Source: Schmidtea polychroa
Lineage: Eukaryota
Assembly: GCA_044892525.1 (NCBI GenBank)
Contig: CM097885.1
Coordinates: 53,384,001 to 53,448,000 of the forward strand
Reading direction: 5' to 3'
Length of the DNA: 64,000 bases
Below, piece by piece: positions 21,400 through 31,274 of the stretch (the stretch's first letter is position 1; each line of letters opens with the position of its first letter). A program made the translations under genes and the position numbers. The notes beneath the pieces were generated by a model, which worked only from the letters and a program-made list of their open reading frames with translations, was not told the DNA's origin and did not search any database.

Positions 21400-22408
21400 T
21401 TATTTTACGAAAATGTAATGTCAAGTATGTTTTATCTTCTTTTCCAAATATATATTTTCCACTATCATCTCGTATATTGATTTCTATATTGTTTATATAT
21501 GAAGACGATACAGGTAAGTACATTGGATTCTTTTCAATTATTTGTACTAAATCATCTTTTTTATGTTTTTCCACCCAAATACATTTCAAAAGAGGGACCA
21601 ATGTATCACCAACAATAATAGGTTCGATAATATTTGTATAGATCATCAATTGTTGATTGCGTTGTAATACTTCAGGTTCTTTAAAACCAATAATAAGTTT
21701 GTCAGTATATGCTTCTTCTAATAAACCTAAACTATTGGCTAAAAATTTACTAAATTGAACTTTACTGACATCATCATCCATTACAATTTTAACGATTTTT
21801 CCTTTTTGAATATCAACAGATTTAAATGGACGAGGATAAAAGAGTGATAGTTGATCATTTATTTGTGAAAGATCTGTAATGATATTTTCTTCGAATGTAT
21901 CTGTATACTCGACATCGTAATAATATTGTATAGTTAATCGAATTGTATCAAACTTTATTTTTCGATTATTTGGAGGAATAGTGATTTGGTTCAAGGCTTT
22001 TTTAAAAGTTATTTCTTTTTCTGAAAATCCCAATTTTTGCGCTTCTTTAATACTATCGAATTCTACTTTAAAAGGAAAATATTTACAATTAATGTTCAAT
22101 GTATTTCCATCAATATATATTAAATAAAATGGAGAGTCGTGACTGATTGTATATTCATTTTTTTCTTGGTTAAAGTAAAAGTATTCATAACTTGTATGTA
22201 ATACACTTTTACTATATTTGACATTTGAATTACTGTAAAAAGGAAAATAATTATACACAAAGGTAAAGTCCATGAGAGCTACTTCCCATTCACCATCCAA
22301 GTAAATAGGATTTTGAAATTCGACATTAAATTTACCAGCTTCATTATTTGGATGAGTCTGAGGACAACTATTAGAAGGTAAATTCACATAAAAATCTTTT
22401 TTAATCAT
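21392..22408 (-). CDS. Minor capsid / penton protein (PX), paralogue 2
   Basis: DFYVNLPSNS...NNEAGKFNVEFQNPIYLDGEWEVALMDF; C-terminal IYTNIIEPIIVGDTLVPLL...YLPV...IEINIRDDSG...TLHFRK. Confidence 0.88.
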   Translation of the reverse strand: MIKKDFYVNLPSNSCPQTHPNNEAGKFNVEFQNPIYLDGEWEVALMDFTFVYNYFPFYSNSNVKYSKSVLHTSYEYFYFNQEKNEYTISHDSPFYLIYIDGNTLNINCKYFPFKVEFDSIKEAQKLGFSEKEITFKKALNQITIPPNNRKIKFDTIRLTIQYYYDVEYTDTFEENIITDLSQINDQLSLFYPRPFKSVDIQKGKIVKIVMDDDVSKVQFSKFLANSLGLLEEAYTDKLIIGFKEPEVLQRNQQLMIYTNIIEPIIVGDTLVPLLKCIWVEKHKKDDLVQIIEKNPMYLPVSSSYINNIEINIRDDSGKYIFGKEDKTYLTLHFRKINE

Positions 22409-23426
22409 TTATTTTACGAAAATGTAATGTCAAGTGTGTTTTTGTATCTCTACTAAATTTTATTAATTTTCCACTATCATCTCGTATATTGATTTCAATG
22501 TTGTTTATAGAAGAATTAGAAATTGGTAGATACATTGGATTCTTCATTTCTAGTTGCACAATTTCTCCTTGTTCATATTTTTTTATCCAAATAGATTTCA
22601 ATAACGGAACTCTTACATCTCCAACAGTCAATGGTTCGATAATATTTGAGTAAATAAACATTTGTTGATGATGATTAAATAACTTTGGAATTTTTGTTCC
22701 AATAATTTCTTTCTCTGTAAATGTTTGTTTCTTTAATCCCAATGTTTTTGTTAAATTTTTATCAAAGGTTATTGATGAAATGTTATCAGCAAGACTTATT
22801 TTAACCAATTCATTATTTTGTATTTTTAAATCTTTAAAGGGAGACGGATTAATTGTCATTAACTGACCATGTATTTCAGATAAAGTATTGATGTATAGTT
22901 CATCTTCGAAATAATGTTCAAATTTTGTTTTTTCAACAACACTTATAATTATACCAAATTGATCAATTGTTTTATCTTCTGTAAATTTTGGTAATTTAAT
23001 TCGCAAATGATCACTATCACTAATAACCGATACTGATTTTAATCCAAATTTAATAGCATGTTCAAAATCTGGAAACGTTATTTTAAATGGAACATGTGGA
23101 CAAACAACAACCAAATTCTCATATCTTTCAATGAACATGTCAACTTCAGGAGTATTTTTAGGATTTATTACTTCAAAGGTTCGATTTGAATTATTTATTC
23201 TAAAATATTTAATTTCTTCATCCATCTTTACTTTTTCATATTGTATCAATGAATTACTGTAATAAGGAAAAGTATTATACACAAAGGTAAAGTCCATGAG
23301 AGCTACTTCCCATTCACCATCCAAGTAAATAGGATTTTGAAATTCGACATTAAATTTACTAGCTTCATTATCGGGGAAAATAAGAGGACAACTATTAGAA
23401 GGTAAAATAATATAAAAATCTTTCAT
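22401..23426 (-). CDS. Minor capsid / penton protein (PX), paralogue 1
   Basis: Same N- and C-terminal penton motifs as 21392-22408, with a divergent central region. Confidence 0.88.
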   Translation of the reverse strand: MKDFYIILPSNSCPLIFPDNEASKFNVEFQNPIYLDGEWEVALMDFTFVYNTFPYYSNSLIQYEKVKMDEEIKYFRINNSNRTFEVINPKNTPEVDMFIERYENLVVVCPHVPFKITFPDFEHAIKFGLKSVSVISDSDHLRIKLPKFTEDKTIDQFGIIISVVEKTKFEHYFEDELYINTLSEIHGQLMTINPSPFKDLKIQNNELVKISLADNISSITFDKNLTKTLGLKKQTFTEKEIIGTKIPKLFNHHQQMFIYSNIIEPLTVGDVRVPLLKSIWIKKYEQGEIVQLEMKNPMYLPISNSSINNIEINIRDDSGKLIKFSRDTKTHLTLHFRKIND

Positions 23427-23431
23427 AATAT

Positions 23432-24569
23432 TTATTTAATCAATTGATTTTCGGATATCCAAGATGGAGTTTCATATCCATGCCATTTAACATAGTATTG
23501 TTTATATTTACCATCTTTTTTGGTTTTTAAAATCTTTTGAATTCTAAATATTGTAGGAGCAGGAATTACTTGGAGTTCTTGTTCATAGAATTTACCAGTG
23601 ATTGGTTTGTTTTCATGATCAACTATCACATACATGACAGGATTCTGTTTTGTATCGATTTTAAAAATTTGATATACTTCATCACTCCAATTATTATCAA
23701 AGTTTTTGATGAATGGTGAAGAATTGATTTTACTAATTCTTACATGATCACCAACCTTGTATTTCGGTTTATTGATTTTTTCTGACTTTGTTTGATTTTT
23801 AGTAAAATCTGCAGGTGTTTGTCCTTTTAATCCTCTGTGTGGTGAATGATTGTAACTGAAAATAATTTTTGGCAAAACATTTATCCAAGTTTTATTACCT
23901 TGATATACAAAATATTTTTTCAAGCGTTCTCTTAAAGTTCGATTAAATCGTTCTACGTGAGCAGCTTTGAACTGAGAAAATACCGAGTAATGGTTTATTC
24001 CTTTGATAACCTCTTTAACTTTGCTGTTATAAAATTCTTTACCTAAATCATATATTTAAAAATTAATTAATTAAATTTAATTACCTAAATCCGTTTGTAA
24101 ATTAATAGGTTTACCATCTGCAAACATTTCTTTTATCGCATCAGCCATTTCATTTGCAGATTTAGTTTTTGTAGGAACAGCACGAGCATATCTATTAAAA
24201 ACATCTATACAAGTCAGAATATATTTGTACCCCTTGTTAATTTTTGAATAAGGTATCATTTCCATCAAATCCATTTGCCATACATCATTGTTTCCAATTG
24301 TTTTGTATGGTCTTGTTGGAAAACGTTTCAACATTGGTTTATTTAAACTATATGCTAATTGATTAGATAACCATTTCTGAGTTTCTTTCTTTGAATTATT
24401 CACTCGTTTTGTTAATTTTTCTACGCCACCAAAACCATCTGGATCTTTTGGGTTTGTCCATATGGTTTTTAACTTTTTCTCTATTGTTTTCACTTTTTTT
24501 CACTTTTGTTTTCACTTTTGTTTTCACTTTTTTCACTTTTGTGTTGGTTTTGTGATACGTTTCCTTCAT
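23432..24569 (-). CDS. Retroviral-like DDE integrase with C-terminal chromodomain, 2 exons
   Basis: A 42-nt GT-AG intron at 24043-24084 joins QTDLG to KEFYN. Motifs WQMDL, TDLG, KAAHVERFNRTL, YYVKWHGY. The ATG at 24569 is 1 nt out of frame across a T7 run (24494-24500); the in-frame GTG is at 24493. Confidence 0.92.
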
Positions 24570-24638
24570 TATTACAACAAGTTGTCAAAATATTAAAATC
24601 TACAATATTTTTATTTGGTAATGAACTCTTGATACCCA

Positions 24639-24965
24639 TTAAGAACTTAATGATGAGATTGCACTAATTGCAGATAAGACTATAGGAATTAGTGCACCCA
24701 AGAACCCTCCTTTTTGTTTATATATTATCTTTCTCATTAGACGACGATTTTTTGTATCAACTAGAGATAAAAGTGATCTTTTATGTCTTTGCAATACTAA
24801 TCTTTTAGCTTTAGTTATATTTACATTACCGCGGACAACATTTATAATAACTTCAAGTAAATCATCAATAACAAATGATGGAAAAGACTGTAAAATTGAT
24901 ATTCGTTTCGAATTTGGTGCCTTTATTAAAGCATTAAAATATGGTAAACTCCGTTCAAATTTCAT
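24639..24965 (-). CDS. Polinton core protein with adenovirus pX-like C-terminus
   Basis: Likely start MKFERS at 24965. Basic body ending QKGG-FLGALIPIVLSAISAISSLSS, resembling the adenovirus pX tail (xGG-xLPxLIPLIAAAI). Confidence 0.75.
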   Translation of the reverse strand: MKFERSLPYFNALIKAPNSKRISILQSFPSFVIDDLLEVIINVVRGNVNITKAKRLVLQRHKRSLLSLVDTKNRRLMRKIIYKQKGGFLGALIPIVLSAISAISSLSS

Positions 24966-24994
24966 TATTATTATTAATTTACGCGACGGATTGT

Positions 24995-25147
24995 TTATAA
25001 TTTGATCCACTTCTTGATTTGTTTCTTAGTTTTTGTACTTTTTGTACTTTTTGATCCACTTTTTGTTTTCTTTGTACGTTTTGTTTTCTTGGTAATTTTC
25101 TTCGAAACACTTGGAAGATTTTTAACAACTACTTTTTTAAATGACAT
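24995..25147 (-). CDS. 50-aa very basic peptide (putative DNA-condensing core protein)
   Basis: MSFKKVVVKNLPSVSKKITKKTKRTKKTKSGSKSTKSTKTKKQIKKWIKL: 19 Lys, 1 Arg, no acidic residues. It fills the gap between the ATPase and pX-like genes and is below the ORF-track cutoff. Confidence 0.6.
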   Translation of the reverse strand: MSFKKVVVKNLPSVSKKITKKTKRTKKTKSGSKSTKSTKTKKQIKKWIKL

Positions 25148-25166
25148 GATTAATTTTATTTAGTTT

Positions 25167-25790
25167 TTAGTTTTGTTTATAAATCGTAACACCGTTTATA
25201 TTAAAAATATCAGTTCTAATACGCATATCATCTGGACATTGTTGTGTAAAATCAAAAAATAAATATCCATGAGGAATTTTTGTTGCATCTTGGAATGAAT
25301 CAATCAAAAATTTTCTATTATTTGGATAAGCTTGTCTTGCAAGAAAATCTATTATTGTTTGATCTCTAGGATTTTTGAAAATAATTAAATATTGCACATT
25401 TAAATTACGTGTTCTATGACTTCCACCTTGATGAAAAAGATTTTGTGTAATGAAAATAACTGTAACTCCGCAATGTCTACTGATTTTTGTAAATAAATTA
25501 TTAAAATCTTTTTCTTTATTTGCTTCCTGGTACAGATCATCGATAATAATAACATCACCTTGGCGTAATCTAGATGACCAATTTTTATCAAATCCTTTAA
25601 TTATTGTCATTTTTAATTTACAGAAACTGTTTTGAGTCAATCCATGTTCTTCATCTGCACCTCGATGCCAATATATTTTATTAAATTTAGATTTAAACAT
25701 GTTTGATTGTAATAAATTACATACAAATAAAGTTTTCCCGCTTCCACTAGGTCCTACTATTTGATATACTGCGTCATTTCTTAATTCCAT
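25167..25790 (-). CDS. A32/FtsK-HerA-like genome packaging ATPase
   Basis: Walker A GPSGSGKT, Walker B IIIDDL, SRH and ITQN motifs, FKNPRD. Confidence 0.93.
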   Translation of the reverse strand: MELRNDAVYQIVGPSGSGKTLFVCNLLQSNMFKSKFNKIYWHRGADEEHGLTQNSFCKLKMTIIKGFDKNWSSRLRQGDVIIIDDLYQEANKEKDFNNLFTKISRHCGVTVIFITQNLFHQGGSHRTRNLNVQYLIIFKNPRDQTIIDFLARQAYPNNRKFLIDSFQDATKIPHGYLFFDFTQQCPDDMRIRTDIFNINGVTIYKQN

Positions 25791-25842
25791 TTTTTTAAAT
25801 TAAATTATTTTATTTAATTTGTTTATAATTACAATAATTAGA

Positions 25843-26319
25843 ATGATCAGCAACATTAATTATAGAGGAAGATGTGTAGTTAATGGAATGAAGTTTCCAT
25901 CAGGAAAACCTCAACATGTCGTGGACAGAAGTGGAAAATATCCAATTTTATTCTTCAAGAGCGGGAAATGTAGGATAATGGGATGTAAGAAACCATTACA
26001 GGAAGGCGATCTCAAATATCAGATTCAAGATTTACAAATCCAATCAATTACATTAACGTTAGATATGGGTACATGCATTGATTTAAATGCATTGTCAAGG
26101 AAAACCGATAGTTACTACGAGCCTGAAATATTTCCAGCTTTACGTATTCTCAAGTATAACCCCCTATGTGTAAATGTTTTTTCAAGTGGGAAAGTTGTTA
26201 TATTAGGGATTAAAACATTTGATTATTTTAATCAAATTCAAGAAATTCAGAAATTCATTAAATCATTAACTATAAATATCACAACAAATGAAGAAATATT
26301 GGAATATTTATTAAGTTAA
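25843..26319 (+). CDS. TATA-box-binding-protein (TBP)-like protein
   Basis: Two TBP half-repeats: ISNINY...ILFFKSGKCRIMGCK and IQSITLTLDMG..IDLNAL...YYEPEIFPALRI...VNVFSSGKVVILGIK (compare TBP YEPELFPGL...LIFxSGKxVxTGAK). The first repeat is shortened. ATG at 25843. Confidence 0.85.
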   Translation: MISNINYRGRCVVNGMKFPSGKPQHVVDRSGKYPILFFKSGKCRIMGCKKPLQEGDLKYQIQDLQIQSITLTLDMGTCIDLNALSRKTDSYYEPEIFPALRILKYNPLCVNVFSSGKVVILGIKTFDYFNQIQEIQKFIKSLTINITTNEEILEYLLS

Positions 26320-26382
26320 TTAAATTAATTTAATTAATTGTGTTTAAATTAACTGAATATCTACAATAACAAAAATTCAAAA

Positions 26383-26730
26383 ATGGATGACGATAAGCAA
26401 GCTTACATATTCCAGACTATATTAACGAAGATGGAAGAATTGTTCCCGAATATAAAGAACAGACTTTCATATTGTGCTCCGGAATTATTAGCTTATAGAA
26501 TCAAGCAATTAACGGGGATCAATATAGAAGAACTTATACGAAGACATTTCGAATCTGTACAAGAATCAAGATTTAAATGCATAGACGATTGTGAAGTATG
26601 TATGGATCCGATGAAATTACCATGTCCGTTTAGATGTAGATGCTGCCAAGAATATAAGATGAAAGAAGTTGTTCATATTTTACTAGCAGAATTAAGAAGA
26701 GCTTATTACAAGCAAATATTGGATGAATAA
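26383..26730 (+). CDS. Uncharacterised Cys-rich 115-aa protein
   Basis: Clean ORF with CIDDCEVC...CPFRCRCC. The stop codon lies at the inner edge of the right TIR. Confidence 0.65.
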   Translation: MDDDKQAYIFQTILTKMEELFPNIKNRLSYCAPELLAYRIKQLTGINIEELIRRHFESVQESRFKCIDDCEVCMDPMKLPCPFRCRCCQEYKMKEVVHILLAELRRAYYKQILDE

Positions 26731-26807
26731 ATTTTATATCTTTACATTTGTTAATTGTTTGTGTTTTATGTGTCTAGTTCATTTTTATGTATTTGGTTGA
26801 TATATTA

Positions 26808-26849
<42 letters not shown>

Positions 26850-28069
26850 TTTCGTTAAAATTTTCATTTGACTTTGAAAAATATTTCATAAAAATTTTCA
26901 TTAAAAGTTATCTTAAAAATTTCCATCTAAAATTATCATTGAAAAATATTTCATAAAAATTTCCATTAAAAATTAACTTAAAAAATTATTCCATAAAAAT
27001 TTCCATTAAAAATTACTTAAAAAATTATTTCATAAAAATTTCCATTAAAAAATTTCAATTCTCAAACACCTTCAACTTTTTGTTAATAAATTTTAAAATC
27101 TTACTTTAATTTACTTATTACATTACTTTAATTTACTTATTTAAAAATTATTACTTTAATTTACTTATTTAAAATTTTTTACCATTGATTACTTAATTTA
27201 AAAATTAGACCATAATTTACTGTAATTTAATATTTTAGAACCATAATTTACTTTAATTTAATTTTTAGAACCATTATTTACTTTAATTAAAAAATTTGAG
27301 CCATAATTAACTTTAATTTAATTTTTTAGAACCATAATTACCTTATTTGAAAAATTTGAGCCATAATTAACTTTAATTTAATTTTTAGAACCATTATTTA
27401 CTTTAATTGAAAAATTTGGACCGTAATTTACTGTAATTTAAATTTTTGAGCCATTATTTACTGTAATTTAATTTTTAGGACCATAATTTACTGTAATTTA
27501 AAAATTTGAGCCATAATTTACTTTAATTTAAATTTTTGGACCATAATTTACTTTAATTCAATTTTTAGAACCATTATTTACTGTAATTGAAAAATTTACC
27601 ACGTTTTTAGTGTAGACCACCTATTTCTCAGGACCAAGGAGACTCACCTCACTATAGTCTGAAAAATCCTTGGCTTTTTTAGTGTAGACCAGCTTTTTGT
27701 ATTGAAAATATCCTGAGACCTTAAATTACCATGCTTTTTTAGTGGTAGTCGGATTTTTGTATTGAAAATCCCAGGACCATCGAGACCCACCTTAATTGAT
27801 CTAGAAAAATCCATGCTTTTTTAGTGATAGTCGGATTTTTGTATTGAAAATTTTTTTTTGTATTGAAAATCCCCGGACCATCGAGACCCCCTCACTATAG
27901 TCTGATAAAAAAAAATTTGGACCAAAAATCCCTGAAAGCAAAAAATGTGAGTTGCAACAATTGCGTAATAAAAAGTTGCAACAAAAAAAAAGTTGCAACA
28001 AAAAAAAAGTTGCAACAACCCCCCCCCCCCGGGGGGGTAATTGTTGCGGTAAGCCACTATCTACCTACT
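26724..28069 (-). repeat. Polinton right TIR
   Basis: Inverted copy of 11740-13084. Confidence 0.92.
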
Positions 28070-28825
28070 CAATATCACTTTATCATAGCCCTTCCTACGA
28101 TAACTCATAATTTCATAGAGCCATCGATTTTTCAGTTGTCATGACGACTTATCGAAAAACATCAAGTTTGCTTGGCCATTTTTGGATTTCGCTCCCTTTC
28201 CAGACTTTCCAACTCTCATAATGAATTCATGTCTACACCTAAATGTTAATATTTCGATATTTCACTTTATTATTTACATAATATTCTACTTAATTTACTT
28301 TATCATTGGACATTCTATTTGGATATTATTATTATTTGGCCTCAATTATCATACTTTTCTCGGATCTCTCATTACTCTTATTATTCCTATTCGCATATTT
28401 TATTATTTAAAAGAAAATTATGGAGAATACTTAAATTTTACTCGGATAATGTATTATTTTTATTTTGTTTTATTTTTTCTCCTATTTTTTGAGCAACACT
28501 TCTGATAGTTTTGTGCCCAACTTCTACTCCAGCTCAATTAATCATACCTTCATTCCTTCGTTCCCTATTCTCATCCGATTTGAAATTTAAGTTTTCTTTA
28601 GTCGCATTGATTCTTCCCATTTGTTTTCTTTTTCTCGTTTTCTTCTGTTAAAATTTTGTTAAGTCATCTGAAAACAACCATACTCTTATCCCAATCCCCC
28701 CATCAGCAATGTAACCTACCAACCCGTTTATTCACAGGAAGAATAACACGAATAGTCACTGTTTAATCATCCTTTGAAGCCTGGTCATTATCCTAATCAT
28801 CCACGTTTCTCGACACTGAACTATT

Positions 28826-30563
28826 TTATTCATCTATGCTTAATGAATTCACTGTTTGTTGTCGATGTTCGTCCAACACTATCTGAATTTTATCATTTAT
28901 AAAAACATTTACCCTTTTCCCGACTTTTGCCTTGTACGATACAATTATTTCCTTATAAATCTGCATTTGAACACGATTTGTTTTATTATTACGGTATTTT
29001 GTTTCAGCCTGAGATTCTACTTTTGACCATTGGTTGTTCGTATAGGTTTCATAACCATGAAGAGGTTTTTGTAGATTCCCATTTACGACAAAAGATTTTC
29101 CTTTACTCAATATTTCAATTACATGGTTTTGGAAAATTATTTTGATTTTCTGCTGTTCTTTGGCTGTCCAATACATATAAATTTTCTTCATCATCGGTTC
29201 GATTACGACAACATTCCTCCACACTTTTGTCCAAAGATGAATGTGTATGAAATTATATAGTTTTTGAATTGTCTTTAATTTTGTCGCTAATTGCCAAACC
29301 ACTATAGGATAAACTTCTCCAATCTTTATTTGATTGCAATCATATGCAATTAACGAAGAGGTTTTAGTTATAATTGCACACAATATTAAGATCATAAACA
29401 TTAAAAACGGTAATTTTATGGGTTTTCTTTTTAATGCCCCATCATAGTTTACTTTCATTTTTAGAACTGGTTCAAAATTTTGTTTAATCAGCTTCTTCCA
29501 ACCTCCATTCCCTTTTATCCATGCGCTCACATGTTTATGTAAAACCCTACTCGCCGTTTTAATTATCTCCCCTTGTTTTCCATATCTGAGCAGTCATATG
29601 TTTCAATTTCTAACAAAATATAACTCATAATTGTTAATACCATATCTCTATCCATTTCTTTTGTCATCATCTCAGTTATCACATCATCGCAAAACCCCAT
29701 ACTTTTCTTTACCTTTGTCAATACTACACAAAATCTCTTTTTAGTTTTCTTTTCAATTTTCCTCACATATTTCTCTGCTTATAATTTCCCTGTTGATTCA
29801 CCATATAATTCATTTACTAGAGCACGTAACACTTTCTCAGTTTTCCCTGAGTCATTTTGCTTTCTCTCCTCTTGGAATCTTTGTATTAATTTACATCTCA
29901 TTTCATACAAATTTCTGCATTGTTTATCTTTAATATTATTATCAATCGTCATCTCTGTCATATATGTCTCATTTTTAACTTCAGTTTTTATCTCATTTTT
30001 AACAATAATCTCTCCAGTTTCATTTTTTATTCCATCTCTTCTCATTTCTTGTTCATCGTGCATCTCCTCATCATTACTCATTATCTCACTTTCCCAATTT
30101 GGTAATTCCATTTTAAATCTTTCTTCTACTTCCTTTAATTCAAATTGTTTCATCGCAACTATTTCATTAATACTCATTTGAGACGGTTCCTCATTCATCA
30201 AAAATCCATTTTCATCGAGTTTTTGTGGTACACGCCACAAAAAAATAAATACTCATCATCATCTAACTCAAAACCTTTATACGTCAATACAATTATTCCA
30301 TCATTGCCCATAATTTCTGCTGCTCTTCGCCGTATTTTACTCACTTTCGTACACCAATGATCGTTTGTACATTCTACTCTTTGATCATTTATCTTTAATA
30401 TTATTATGAGTGGCTCAATATAAACTCCCTTTTCTCTAAATTCTTGTCCAAATTTTCGAATAAGCGTTTTTTTCATTTCAATATATTCATTATTACAATT
30501 CACATAGGGTCTGACACAATCTAAAATTTTTAATTTATCTTCCACTTCAAATTCTAAATTCAA
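28826..30563 (-). pseudogene. Decayed fragment of a related UBL / Bcl-2-like / Env Gypsy polyprotein
   Basis: Broken ORFs in the same order as the element at 1-5970: CTKVSKIRRR...VLTYKGFELDDDEYLFFCGV (UBL-like), EMDRDMVLTIMSYIL and AWIKGNGGWKKL (BH1/BH2-like), FLMFMILILCAIITKTSSLIAYDC (signal plus Env start). Contains frameshifts and stops. Confidence 0.8.
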
Positions 30564-30568
30564 AATAT

Positions 30569-31274
30569 TGTTGGGCTAGAACTGATTTCTAGACCTAAAA
30601 CTCTACTTTGTGACTGAGGTGTGTTGATACATAGCACGCAAATAGCAATAAGTTTAGTTAAATATAAAATATACATCAAATAAACAATATTAACTAAGAG
30701 GAAAACAGCAAAAATATAAACACAGAAATTAAATAAAATGATACAAATGCAAGAAGTGTTGCAATAAAACTAACTCAAATATAACAAAGAAACATAAAAA
30801 TTACAAAAAACAGACTCAAACAGTTTCGAAAGATAGTAAAACATTAAAATTCTAGATGAGATTCCAGAACAATTCATAAGAATGGCGACATCCATCATAA
30901 AAGCCATATAGATCAATAAAAGTTAACAAAAATAAATAAATTAGTTATAAAAATAAAAATTTGGAAAAAGAAATTAAGAAAACATCATTAAAATAAAATT
31001 AACTTTAATTTCATATGGAATGTTCTGGAATCGTTCCAAATCCATCATGGAGGTAAATTTAGCAAAAATTAATTAAATAATAAAAATTTAAAAATAAAAA
31101 TAAAACTTATGGCACTAAAATTGCCATTAAAATCATCAAAAATAGAAAATAGAAAATTCTAGAATAAAAGGAATTCGGGTTTGTTTTAATGCATCAATAC
31201 ATACACGTGTACTTGCACACAAAAAATAGGTATATATACCAACGCATTTCAATCACAAAAACACTCTTTATGCC
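30569..31274 (-). repeat. ~700-bp dispersed repeat, copy 1 (inverted relative to 35494-36181)
   Basis: TGTTGGGCTAGAACTGATTTCTAGACC at 30569 is the reverse complement of 36155-36181. Similarity continues to ...ACACTCTTTATGCC at 31274. Confidence 0.85.

Larger units (their letters stand above)
11740..28069. mobile_element. Complete Polinton/Maverick (endogenous polintovirus-like element), 16.3 kb
   Basis: Termini AGTAGGTAGAT...ATCTACCTACT, 6-bp TSD CAATAT (11734-11739 and 28070-28075), ~1345-bp TIRs, and a full core gene set (pPolB, INT, ATPase, MCP, penton, PRO). Confidence 0.97.
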
